From IMG/VR virus record IMGVR_UViG_3300024303_000159: a stretch of 38,605 nucleotides of DNA. One strand, given 5' to 3'. Positions 31,140 to 38,605 of this stretch are shown here, one piece after another. The notes beneath the pieces are model-generated. The model was not told where the DNA came from. It saw only the letters and a list, made by a program, of their open reading frames with translations, and made no database searches. Both the position numbers and the translations under genes were made by a program. The DNA comes from a virus. Every line of letters starts with the position of its first letter. The first letter of the stretch is position 1.

Positions 31140-31706
31140 TTAACACTTTTCAGCACCTGTGATGAAATAAGAATGCGGAAGTGATTCAATCCATCTGCAA
31201 AATTCCTTCCATTCAGGCAGTCTGTGGTTTTTTCTTTGTGAATATATCGTCTTCAGCTGTCTGTAATTGGTTGTCATTGCAGCAGTCAATTTGAATCCGC
31301 ATGGATTGGAATACAACAGTCGAAGATAATCTTCCGGATCCTGCGTTTCATTGTATCTGTCTTTCAACTCATTCATTATTGCAATCATTCTTGGATCCGT
31401 ATATTCACTATACTGATTATCAAGATCAAACTTTGCTATCCGGTGCATGGTTGACTGACTTGAAATGAAATCAAGAAAATGATACCTTTCAGCTTCGGTC
31501 CATGCCTTCACAGTGAATGTCAAGTCAAACTGAACAATGATCCCGGTCAGAAACTGATCATGACCACTTCCCTTTTCACATGTCGCAAGCTTCACTGTTC
31601 TTTCTGTCATTTCTCCATTCAGGCTGCTTGCATCAATGGCCATCGGAAACTTGCTGCCACGAACAGCATTTTCAATTCCATACACATTTACATTTTCAAC
31701 AATCAT
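31140..31706 (-). CDS. ThyX-like protein with degenerate catalytic motifs (function uncertain)
   Basis: 'GSGHDQFLTGIIVQFDLTFTVKAWTEAERYHFLDFISSQSTMHR' parallels the ThyX 'H.S.lEH..f.F.i...SR....q..RHR..S...qSqRY'. However, RHR is replaced by RYH and SQRY by SQST. The protein is only 188 aa. Confidence 0.4.
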   Translation of the reverse strand: MIVENVNVYGIENAVRGSKFPMAIDASSLNGEMTERTVKLATCEKGSGHDQFLTGIIVQFDLTFTVKAWTEAERYHFLDFISSQSTMHRIAKFDLDNQYSEYTDPRMIAIMNELKDRYNETQDPEDYLRLLYSNPCGFKLTAAMTTNYRQLKTIYSQRKNHRLPEWKEFCRWIESLPHSYFITGAEKC

Positions 31707-31711
31707 TCACA

Positions 31712-32173
31712 TCACCTTCTTTTCTTTGCATCATGCATCTGTTCCTGTGCATATAGCATTGCATAATATTTGCCATAACTCATGCCCTTTGCAAATGCCC
31801 TTGCCTTTGCGTTTGCTTCGTGCAGATTGTCATGCTTCTTCGATTCTTCTTCCTGAAGCTTTTCTTGTTTTTTTCTTTTTCTGTACTCTGCACCATATGC
31901 CTTCCGGTTTTCGTTTGATGCCTTATCCCGGCATTCTTTGCCACAATACTTTGTTGGACCTTTTGCGGCTTTGAAAAGCTTTCCGCAGTATTCGCAGTAT
32001 TTATCAAGCAATACTACTTCCCCGGCCTTTTCTCTTTTCTTTTTCTGATAAAACCTCTTATTGTTCATGCTGTCATAGCAATCGAATGAACAATACTTTT
32101 TCTGCTTGTCACTTCCTCTGTTTTCATCCACCGGGAAAGCTTTTCCGCAGTATGCACATATTTTCTTTGTCAT
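31712..32173 (-). CDS. Double zinc-ribbon protein (153 aa), possible late regulator
   Basis: Two copies of 'C.YCGK.F....KYC..(D/E)C' followed by a Lys/Arg-rich tail. ATG at 32173 with AAGGAG upstream. ATGA overlap with the upstream gene. Confidence 0.6.
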   Translation of the reverse strand: MTKKICAYCGKAFPVDENRGSDKQKKYCSFDCYDSMNNKRFYQKKKREKAGEVVLLDKYCEYCGKLFKAAKGPTKYCGKECRDKASNENRKAYGAEYRKRKKQEKLQEEESKKHDNLHEANAKARAFAKGMSYGKYYAMLYAQEQMHDAKKRR

Positions 32174-32631
32174 CCCTGCTCCTTTCTTCTGTACGGTTCC
32201 GGCAATGGCATCCATGCAATAGCGTGACGGTCCAAACCAAAGCCACCATAAAAAATCCAATCATTAGAAGGACTGTAATAATATCCGACTCCCTGCGTTT
32301 CTTTCCATCCTACGACATTCACACCTTGCATAATTTTGTATTGATAATAAATCAAAACATCATCGTCTGTTTCCGGCAATCGTTCTTCAACCGGAATCCA
32401 ATTACTTGAACAATCACTTGATTTATTGATATGTTCTGTTGATTTATTGATATATTCCGCTTCGACTTCGGAAACGATTCTCTGTGCTTCCAAAAGTCCT
32501 TCAACCATACCGTTAAAGTAGCAGTAGTCTTTACTGTCACCCTCGGTTCGCAATATATGCCGTCTGCTTATTTCTTTTTTCTCAGCCTTTTCTTCCAACC
32601 TCTCCTTTATCTTCTCAAACGCTTCTTTCAT
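32170..32631 (-). CDS. DUF551-domain protein
   Basis: The C-terminus 'WIPVEERLPETDDDVLIYY...AIAWMPLPEPY' fits the DUF551 pattern. ATG at 32631 with AAGGAG upstream. Confidence 0.65.
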   Translation of the reverse strand: MKEAFEKIKERLEEKAEKKEISRRHILRTEGDSKDYCYFNGMVEGLLEAQRIVSEVEAEYINKSTEHINKSSDCSSNWIPVEERLPETDDDVLIYYQYKIMQGVNVVGWKETQGVGYYYSPSNDWIFYGGFGLDRHAIAWMPLPEPYRRKEQG

Positions 32632-32644
32632 TGTTGCTCCTTTT

Positions 32645-32749
32645 CTACACAATCAAATTCAAAAATCCCACAAGTGCCATAAACAAAGCCGAAAGCAGCA
32701 GTGCAATCGGCACATACTCTTTTAAAAAGTCCTTAAAAAAATTCTTCAT
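32645..32749 (-). CDS. Micro-ORF (34 aa) with one transmembrane helix, not in the ORF track
   Basis: Hand translation: MKNFFKDFLKEYVPIALLLSALFMALVGFLNLIV. AAGGAG lies 5 nt upstream. Confidence 0.45.
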   Translation of the reverse strand: MKNFFKDFLKEYVPIALLLSALFMALVGFLNLIV

Positions 32750-32762
32750 GGCTGCTCCTTTC

Positions 32763-32972
32763 TCACCCTCTTTTATAGGTGTGTTCGCTTCCATCTGACA
32801 TTTTTACAGTAATTCTCATAGGATAACCAGTTTGGTTATTACTGATAGAAACATAACTAGCTTTGACAATCTCAATTGGCTTTTTATGCCCTTTTTCACA
32901 ATCAGAACATTTCCACTTCTCGTTGTATTCCGTTCCGCATACTTCACAAATATAATGTTTGACTTCTTTCAT
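32763..32972 (-). CDS. Small zinc-ribbon protein (69 aa)
   Basis: 'CEVCGTEY...KCSDCEKGH' is a CxxC...CxxC pattern. Confidence 0.6.
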   Translation of the reverse strand: MKEVKHYICEVCGTEYNEKWKCSDCEKGHKKPIEIVKASYVSISNNQTGYPMRITVKMSDGSEHTYKRG

Positions 32973-32987
32973 CCCTTGCTCCTTTCC

Positions 32988-33191
32988 TTACTTCCTAGAA
33001 CCCAAGAAGGTTCGCATCATTGCTTCCTGCCATTCAGCACCTTCTTTCAGCGGATCATCTAAACTCTCCAATAGTTGCTCCCGACATTCTCTGTCCTTTG
33101 TTTCGATCTCCTGAAGTCCGTTCTTAAACTCCTTTATGGTGATTTCTCCTGCTTTGTACTTCTGCTTTAAGGTTTCTCTAGTTTCCTTCAT
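32988..33191 (-). CDS. Hypothetical helical protein (67 aa)
   Basis: ATG at 33191 with GGAG 7 nt upstream. The track ORF starts at GTG 33197. Confidence 0.5.
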   Translation of the reverse strand: MKETRETLKQKYKAGEITIKEFKNGLQEIETKDRECREQLLESLDDPLKEGAEWQEAMMRTFLGSRK

Positions 33192-33327
33192 ATTCACTCT
33201 CCAATCTCAACAGCAGTCCTGCTCCATACCGTATCTTGTGACCGCACTTCACGCACTTTCGGATCAGGTACTTCTTTTTACGGATTATGGTGTATTCATG
33301 AAGGCAGTATTTCTTCATAAACATCAT
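33178..33327 (-). CDS. Micro-ORF (49 aa), zinc-ribbon-like, not in the ORF track
   Basis: Hand translation: MMFMKKYCLHEYTIIRKKKYLIRKCVKCGHKIRYGAGLLLRLESEYEGN. GGAAGGTGA lies 3 nt upstream of the first ATG. It overlaps both neighbours. Confidence 0.4.
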   Translation of the reverse strand: MMFMKKYCLHEYTIIRKKKYLIRKCVKCGHKIRYGAGLLLRLESEYEGN

Positions 33328-33748
33328 GCATCACCTTCCTTTCCAAGATCTCCTGAACATGCTTCAATGCCCGGCCATGAACTGTTGTGGCCCATGAATA
33401 TGATTTATCCATCATGTCAGCAGCTTCATCAAGTGTTTTGAACTGTATGTATACCTTGTGCAGAACATCATATTCAGTGACAGGAAGCATTTCAATGGTC
33501 TTGATAACATCCTTCTTGGTATCAACCAATTCATCTATGTATCTATCAATTTCTTCTTCCATTTCAACCAATCTGATCACTGCATCTTCCATTCTGCTTT
33601 TGTTTCCGGAAGACTGAACCCTTTCCTGTTCCGAAGAACAGGATCCGGTTGACAGTGCAATTGATTTCCACTGATATTTTTCAATCAGCTTGTTTTGAAT
33701 CATCTTGTCAAGTTTAATGACCTGCTGAAGATAGTCCTTTGCTTTCAT
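33296..33748 (-). CDS. Sigma-70 region-4-like / DUF1492-like late transcription regulator
   Basis: 'AKDYLQQVIKLDKMIQNKLIE', an acidic helix, then 'MLPVTEYDVLHKVYIQFKTLDEAADMMDKSYSWATTVHGRALKHV', an HTH of sigma region-4 type. ATG at 33748 with AAGGGGA upstream. Confidence 0.6.
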   Translation of the reverse strand: MKAKDYLQQVIKLDKMIQNKLIEKYQWKSIALSTGSCSSEQERVQSSGNKSRMEDAVIRLVEMEEEIDRYIDELVDTKKDVIKTIEMLPVTEYDVLHKVYIQFKTLDEAADMMDKSYSWATTVHGRALKHVQEILERKVMHDVYEEILPS

Positions 33749-33813
33749 TGCTTTTCCCCTTTCCATATTTTTTCGCCAATCTTGCCTTCAGGCGATCCCT
33801 TCTTTCTTCAAAG

Positions 33814-34704
33814 TCAGGGATCACCATTCCCAAGCAATTGTTTTTCAAATGCATCCATATCACCATAGTCCTGCTTTGGGATGTCATTGAAGCTGTTCTT
33901 TTTGATCCAGGAAGGAACCTGTTCTGTTCTTCCTTTTCTGTTGTCATAATTGCCTTCGATGATCTTTGCCATGTTTGCATCCTTAATCATCCAATCGAAG
34001 TTTGCTGACCAATTTCTATCATTGGAACCTTTCAGGAAGGAAGATGCTTCAGCCTTTTCAAATAATGTCCGGAAATCATCAAGGTTGTATGCCTTCAATC
34101 TTGCATTTATGGCCTTCTTTCGTGCTTCAGATATAGTTTTGATAGATGGATATGAAACACAGATGGAATGATACAGATCCACCACCTGCTTGCAGGTGAT
34201 CTTTTCTTCTTTCTCTTTCTCTATTTCTATATCTATATCTATTTCTTTCTCTATATCTTCTTCTAGGCAGCTAACATTAGCTTTACTGTTAGTTTTACTG
34301 TTAGTTTTACATGAAAGACTTTTCTGTTTTTCTCTGTAATTCCTCATGTATTCCTTCATGTACTGCTTCTTTTCTTCCAATTGGTCCAAATTCTGATGCT
34401 TTCCCCAATTCGGAATAGTGATCACACCATCAATCAATTCAATCATTCCAAACTGTTCAAATGTTTCCAATGCAAGCTGCACTGTTGATTCCTTCATCCG
34501 GAAGATCGTTGAAAGCATCTTGTCTGTATATGCAATCCTGTTATTCATCACGAACACACCACTGTTGTTCATCTTCCCGGCCAAACAAAGCAGCTTGAAC
34601 CAAACGACAATGATTGCATTTGCATCAGGCAATGATTCAATCAGAAGCATCTTTTCATCATCAAAAATGTCTGTTGTGATCTTGATCCATTTCACATCTG
34701 CCAT
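33814..34704 (-). CDS. Phage replisome organizer (N-terminal organizer domain + DnaD-like C-terminus)
   Basis: 'VKWIKITTDIFDDEKMLLIESLPDANAIIVVWFKLLCLAGK' is the replisome-organizer N-terminal motif. ATG at 34704 with AAGGGGA upstream. Confidence 0.8.
   Translation of the reverse strand: MADVKWIKITTDIFDDEKMLLIESLPDANAIIVVWFKLLCLAGKMNNSGVFVMNNRIAYTDKMLSTIFRMKESTVQLALETFEQFGMIELIDGVITIPNWGKHQNLDQLEEKKQYMKEYMRNYREKQKSLSCKTNSKTNSKANVSCLEEDIEKEIDIDIEIEKEKEEKITCKQVVDLYHSICVSYPSIKTISEARKKAINARLKAYNLDDFRTLFEKAEASSFLKGSNDRNWSANFDWMIKDANMAKIIEGNYDNRKGRTEQVPSWIKKNSFNDIPKQDYGDMDAFEKQLLGNGDP
34221..34310. repeat. Iteron-like repeats inside the replisome organizer gene (candidate ori)
   Basis: A run of seven TCTATW-type hexamers (34221..34262). 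The palindrome GCTAA-ca-TTAGC (34270..34281). The 12-bp unit TTTACTGTTAGT repeated 2.4 times in tandem (34282..34310). Confidence 0.45.
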
Positions 34705-34708
34705 AATT

Positions 34709-35038
34709 TCATCCCCTTGCGTATTCCCGGAACACTTCTTCATTCAGATTCCTTTGTGCTTCCACATTTCCTTCAGCTGCAAGTTCCGGATGCTCTGCCT
34801 GAATCTTCTGTCTTGTTCTTCTGATCGTTTCCGTTGAAGGGAACCCATATTCCTTCATGTGAAGGAAGAATGTCGGCATTGACATGGAATCTATATCAAT
34901 ACCATTCTTCTTTCCTACAATCTTATAAACCATATAACACAAATAATTGTCACTGCTTCTTGCCATCGGCTGTTCATTCAGGACTTCAAGCACAATGCCC
35001 TGTGTCGTTTTCAATTCATTCAGTCTTCCCATGCTCAT
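34709..35038 (-). CDS. Hypothetical replication-module protein (109 aa)
   Basis: Clean ORF. 'STETIRRTRQKIQAEHPEL' is a motif I have seen in Firmicutes phage proteins of unknown function. Confidence 0.55.
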   Translation of the reverse strand: MSMGRLNELKTTQGIVLEVLNEQPMARSSDNYLCYMVYKIVGKKNGIDIDSMSMPTFFLHMKEYGFPSTETIRRTRQKIQAEHPELAAEGNVEAQRNLNEEVFREYARG

Positions 35039-35421
35039 ATCTCCTTTATCTGAATACCATGTCTAAAAAGCATCAATTTCCTTTTGATGATATAGTCCTT
35101 GGTGCGGAATCCTTTTGTATCTTCCACAATGATCTTTCCAAGTCCATGATCAAAATAGACAAAATCAGCAATATATGCACATTCCCTTTCAAGCAGCTTC
35201 CCCGGTTTCCTTCCACCCCTTTTTCCGATGATGTCAGGTTCCCTTTGCTCCGGAATCAGCACATATTTGACTTGTCTGTTCAGGCCTTGGATTGCCCCTG
35301 CTTTTTCAAGCAAGGACAATTCCTGAAACCTTTTTGCTTCCTTCTTGGAATCAAAGACAATGCCATCAATTTCAACCTTCTTGCTGCCATATTTGTTGCC
35401 ACTGTATCTTTTCCAAGCCAT
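35035..35421 (-). CDS. DUF1064 protein (PD-(D/E)XK-like, putative junction-resolving nuclease)
   Basis: 'NKYGSKKVEIDGIVFDSKKEAKRFQELSLLEKAGAI...YIADFVY...IVEDTKG...YIIKRKL' matches the DUF1064 pattern. Confidence 0.75.
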   Translation of the reverse strand: MAWKRYSGNKYGSKKVEIDGIVFDSKKEAKRFQELSLLEKAGAIQGLNRQVKYVLIPEQREPDIIGKRGGRKPGKLLERECAYIADFVYFDHGLGKIIVEDTKGFRTKDYIIKRKLMLFRHGIQIKEI

Positions 35422-35435
35422 GTTGCACCTTCTCC

Positions 35436-35852
35436 CTAGTTGAAAGGTAATTCTTCATCAATGCCATCCGGGATGTTCATGAATCCATCCTGATCAACCT
35501 GTGGTGCAGATGCTGCATTGCTTGCAGATCCGGTTCCCTTGCTTTCGCAGAATTCATGTTCTTCGACAACAATATCTGTGGTGAAGTGCTTCACACCATC
35601 CTTTTCATAGGATCCGGTCTGAATTCTTCCTACAACAGCAATCTTCATTCCCTTGGAAAGATACTTTTCAGCAAATTCGCCCTGCTTTCCGAAGGCAACA
35701 CAATTGATGAAATCCGCTTCCGGTTCATTATCTCTTTTGAATCTTCTGTTCACTGCAAGTGTGTATCTTGCAACACAAGTGGCTTTTTCGCCCTGACTGT
35801 ATCTCACATCCGGATCCTTTACCAATCTTCCGATGCCTGTCCATTTATTCAT
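35436..35852 (-). CDS. ssb: Single-stranded DNA-binding protein
   Basis: OB-fold N-terminus 'NKWTGIGRLVKDPDVRY...ADFINCVAFGKQGEF' and acidic tail 'DEELPFN'. Confidence 0.92.
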   Translation of the reverse strand: MNKWTGIGRLVKDPDVRYSQGEKATCVARYTLAVNRRFKRDNEPEADFINCVAFGKQGEFAEKYLSKGMKIAVVGRIQTGSYEKDGVKHFTTDIVVEEHEFCESKGTGSASNAASAPQVDQDGFMNIPDGIDEELPFN

Positions 35853-36184
35853 TAGATGTCACCTTCCCTTCTGTGCAGACTGTGTTCCGCATCAAATCCT
35901 TCCGGGAACCTTGCCTTCAGCTTGTCAATGTTCATCTGCATCACTTCTTCAAGCTTCCATTCATGTGCTGTGCAATATTCAGCCACGAACCAAAGCAGAT
36001 CACCCACTTCTTTCTTCATGTGTTCTTCGTTGAAACTATGCCCCTGATATAACTTTTGACAAATGCTGTGGATCTCCCCGATTTCACCAACCATTCCATG
36101 CAATGCATGAAGTTCCTTCTGCCATGTCTGAAGGTCATGATTGATAGTTCTTGCCGCCAATACCTGATATTCATTTCCGGTCAT
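35852..36184 (-). CDS. MazG-like nucleotide pyrophosphohydrolase
   Basis: 'NEYQVLAARTI...HGMVGEIGEI...EVGDLLWFVA' contains the E..GE..E and E.gD motifs. 110 aa. Confidence 0.8.
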   Translation of the reverse strand: MTGNEYQVLAARTINHDLQTWQKELHALHGMVGEIGEIHSICQKLYQGHSFNEEHMKKEVGDLLWFVAEYCTAHEWKLEEVMQMNIDKLKARFPEGFDAEHSLHRREGDI

Positions 36185-36199
36185 AATGCATCCCCCTTT

Positions 36200-37060
36200 C
36201 TAGTTGCCGAACAATGCAGCCTGTGCATCCGTTACATCTTCAGAAGGTGCTTCCGGAACCGATTCTTCCTGATCAATTTCAGTCACCTGTGCTTCAATGA
36301 TGGAATCATCATTTTCAACATAGGTCTTTGTGCCATCCTCATTGATCACAGACATGTCACCATCCATTGCCATCTGCATTTCAATTGACATGATGCCCCA
36401 TTTGCTGATCAGCTGCCGAAGCATTGTCTTGAAGGCCATTCCATCAAAGTCCTTTTCCCAAAAGGTGAAACCCTTCTTTGCTGCATATCCCTTGGAATAC
36501 TTCAAGGCATGTGCTTCCATCTTCTTCTTGCTCCAATACATTGCCTTCTTGAATCCATTGGTATATTCAAACATTGCATAATAGCCAATGGTTTCTGCCT
36601 GCTCCCTTGCTTCTTCATCATCAATCAGCTTCACTTCGATTTCTTCATTCAAAGGATCGAACCGGATCAATTCACCTTCCTTGATTGCAAGCACATTCAA
36701 TTTCTTGTACTGCCCGGACCGGATTGCCAACTGAATATAACCCTTATATCCAAGCTGAAACTGTGCCACCTTGCCCTTGTTCTTGTCATTGAAAGGCACC
36801 ATGTAATACTGCCCCAACTGCGGAGAAGGTGACAGGTTCAAGGACTGTCCAAGAAGTGCAGCCGAAAGAATTGACTGATTTGTGCATTCCTGAAGTGCCG
36901 GATTGTTATTCACTGCGGAAACCACCGCAGAAATGAACTTGGTGCCATCCTTGCCGCCAACAACACTGTTGATCTGATTCTTCACTGCATCAGCAGTCAA
37001 ATATGCTGTGATGCCTAATCTCTGATTCTGCTTTGCTACCAAACTATTATTTACTGCCAT
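36200..37060 (-). CDS. recT: RecT-family single-strand annealing protein
   Basis: 'NNPALQECTNQSILSAALLGQSLNLSPSPQLGQYYMVPF...AQFQLGYKGYIQLAIRSG' is a canonical RecT pattern. Confidence 0.9.
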   Translation of the reverse strand: MAVNNSLVAKQNQRLGITAYLTADAVKNQINSVVGGKDGTKFISAVVSAVNNNPALQECTNQSILSAALLGQSLNLSPSPQLGQYYMVPFNDKNKGKVAQFQLGYKGYIQLAIRSGQYKKLNVLAIKEGELIRFDPLNEEIEVKLIDDEEAREQAETIGYYAMFEYTNGFKKAMYWSKKKMEAHALKYSKGYAAKKGFTFWEKDFDGMAFKTMLRQLISKWGIMSIEMQMAMDGDMSVINEDGTKTYVENDDSIIEAQVTEIDQEESVPEAPSEDVTDAQAALFGN

Positions 37061-37080
37061 ATCATTTCACCTATTCCTTT

Positions 37081-37941
37081 CTAAACTGCCTTGAATTCAA
37101 TGTTTCTGCGATTGAAAAAGTCCTTCAATGCAAGTGCATCTTCCGTTGTCATAAAGGCCTGAAACCTCACCCACTGTCTTGCAGGCTTTGCTTCTTCAGC
37201 AATAGCATCAAATGACTTTGAATCAGTGAATTCCACCTGCCCCGGAATCTGTTCTGCTTCAGCAGCCTGTGCCTTTGCCTTCTGTTCTTCTTCGATCTTC
37301 CGCATTGCTGCTTCTCTTTCAGCCTTCGCCCTTGCTATCTCTGACATCCTGTGACCTTCAGCAATGGCCTTGTTCATGTCAAGTGTAGAAATATATACCT
37401 GCTGTGCTTCAAAGCCAAATTCGGGCAAATTTGAAAGTGTGGCAAGGTCTTTTGCAATCTGCTCCAACCGGGAATCCATTTCTTCCTGTATGGACTTCAG
37501 GGAAACGGAAGTATTCAGCCACTTTTCGTTGAAAATCTGATTGAATGTGACAGCTTCCGGAACCTTGTCAGCCGAAAGGACTTCATGCCAATATGCCTTG
37601 ATTTTCTCCAATTTCTCCTGCTTCTGCTTTTCCTCATAGTCGGAAATCTGTGTGCCAATCGCAGCAATCGAATCCTGCACAATTTTAGAAAGTTCATTCA
37701 CCTTTGCTTCAAACGGTTCATAAGCCTGCAAACACTGCTTCTTCACCTTGATCCTTTCATCTGAAAGGGCCTTGACAAATTTGTTCAAATTTGCCCGGTC
37801 CGTCTTTGCCTGTTTGATTTGATCATCCGTGTATACCAAGTTCCGGTACATTTCAACACGATCACTGATTTCCTGCTTTAACTCTTCAAAATTAAAATCT
37901 ATCACTTCCGGAAACGTGATTTCTTTGATTCTTAATTCCAT
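37081..37941 (-). CDS. DUF1351-family protein (recombination-module accessory)
   Basis: 'IDFNFEELKQEISDRVEMYRNLVYTDDQIKQAKTDRANLNKFVKALSDERIKVKK' matches DUF1351. ATG at 37941 with AAAGGAG 9 nt upstream. The track ORF starts at TTG 37950. Confidence 0.75.
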   Translation of the reverse strand: MELRIKEITFPEVIDFNFEELKQEISDRVEMYRNLVYTDDQIKQAKTDRANLNKFVKALSDERIKVKKQCLQAYEPFEAKVNELSKIVQDSIAAIGTQISDYEEKQKQEKLEKIKAYWHEVLSADKVPEAVTFNQIFNEKWLNTSVSLKSIQEEMDSRLEQIAKDLATLSNLPEFGFEAQQVYISTLDMNKAIAEGHRMSEIARAKAEREAAMRKIEEEQKAKAQAAEAEQIPGQVEFTDSKSFDAIAEEAKPARQWVRFQAFMTTEDALALKDFFNRRNIEFKAV

Positions 37942-37946
37942 CTTCG

Positions 37947-38471
37947 TCAACTCCTTTTTCTTTTATTTTTGTTCTGTTCTGCCATTGTCACCCACCTACA
38001 ATTGGAAGGTTCATAGTTTCCATCATTGTCAATCCGGTCAATAGTCAGATTGTCATCATATCCATTCTGTATTGCCCAATCTGCAAAGGCCTGAAAACTG
38101 CCTTCCCATTCATCACAAACCCGGATGCCCCTGCCACCGTAATACCGGAAACAAGGAACATTTGAATTCCTGCACCTTGTTTTCATTGCTCGCCAAATTC
38201 TATAAAGCCGGGATCCCCTGCCACCGTGTGTTGTTTTCAATGATGCTGTTACCTTTTTCTTTTCTTCACTCTGATTCCAATTATTTATTGCTTCCACCCA
38301 CAGGCAACCGCAGCTTTGTGTTCCTTGTTTTAACGATGAAACGCTTATGATTTTTTCGTTTCCGCAATCACACCTGCACAACCAAGTTGCATGACCGTTT
38401 TGGGATCCGCATCTTTGAACCACAAACAGCCTTCCAATCCTTTGCCCGGTCAAATCAATCAGTTTTGGCAT
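37947..38471 (-). CDS. Zn-ribbon + HNH-like endonuclease / DNA-binding protein (free-standing)
   Basis: 'LTGQRIGRLFVVQR...WLCRCDCGNEKI...SCGC', then 'RLYRIWRAMKTRC...YYGGRGIRVCDEW', then 'LTIDRIDNDGNYEPSNCRWVT..EQNKN' (HNH-like). I remember this family as common in Firmicutes phages. Confidence 0.6.
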   Translation of the reverse strand: MPKLIDLTGQRIGRLFVVQRCGSQNGHATWLCRCDCGNEKIISVSSLKQGTQSCGCLWVEAINNWNQSEEKKKVTASLKTTHGGRGSRLYRIWRAMKTRCRNSNVPCFRYYGGRGIRVCDEWEGSFQAFADWAIQNGYDDNLTIDRIDNDGNYEPSNCRWVTMAEQNKNKRKRS

Positions 38472-38478
38472 GTCACAC

Positions 38479-38605
38479 TCCTTTCTTATATTCCCGGAAG
38501 AATCAGATCAGGCCTTTTCCGGTCCTGAACCTGCTTCCAAAACTTTCTTTCTGAAGATTCCAAAAACTTAATATCTTCTTCAACCTCTGTTCTTTCGATC
38601 TTGTA
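38479..38605. repeat. Terminal direct repeat, copy B (identical to 1..127)
   Basis: Same 127-nt string as 1-127. The exonuclease gene's 3' end and stop (TAA at 10..8, equal to 38488..38486) sit 14 nt upstream of the ATG at 38471, with an AAAGGAG RBS between. Gene order is therefore continuous across the junction. Confidence 0.95.

Noticed and set aside
32419-32453. 14-bp direct repeat TGATTTATTGATAT occurring twice, 21 nt apart
   Set aside because: It lies in frame inside the DUF551 gene and encodes a 7-residue duplication (YINKSTE/HINKSSD). It is most simply a slippage duplication in a linker, not a regulatory site.
1-38605. CRISPR arrays, tRNA/tmRNA genes, transposases or insertion sequences
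   Set aside because: I noticed no regularly spaced direct repeats with unique spacers, no cloverleaf-like GC-rich 70-90-nt segments in the few intergenic gaps, and no DDE or IS-type ORFs. The only recombinase is the serine integrase.

Overview
The window is a complete, circularly permuted genome of a temperate siphovirus-type phage. It has 38,478 unique bp, and bases 1-127 are repeated exactly at 38479-38605. The host is probably a Firmicutes/Clostridia-like bacterium, judging from strong AGGAGG-type ribosome-binding sites (RBS), frequent TTG/GTG starts and ATGA stop-start overlaps, a large serine integrase and a phiLC3-type holin.

About 65 genes are present, nearly all on the minus strand. 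In transcription order (high to low coordinates, running through the junction) they are:
- Recombination and replication: YqaJ-like exonuclease, two HNH-type endonucleases, DUF1351, RecT, MazG-like, SSB, DUF1064, replisome organizer.
- Small zinc-ribbon proteins and a sigma-like regulator.
- A degenerate ThyX-like protein.
- Packaging and head: TerS, TerL, portal, Mu-F-like, scaffold, major capsid, connector proteins.
- An unusually long tail module: major tail protein, chaperones, two full-length tape measure genes, two Dit/Tal-like pairs, an AT-rich membrane-anchored SGNH esterase gene, and three fibre genes.
- Lysis: XhlA-like protein, holin, NlpC/P60 endolysin.

The plus strand carries the lysogeny module: a cI-like repressor, a large serine recombinase and a 40-bp dyad that is a candidate attP. 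It also carries part of a terminator-bounded moron cassette (about 4545-6560). That cassette holds orphan genes in two divergent operons that share twin palindromic operators and a ribbon-helix-helix (RHH) regulator. I rank it as the best candidate for an undescribed prophage-encoded system.

All calls come from reading the sequence and translations and from remembered family motifs. No searches or computations were run.
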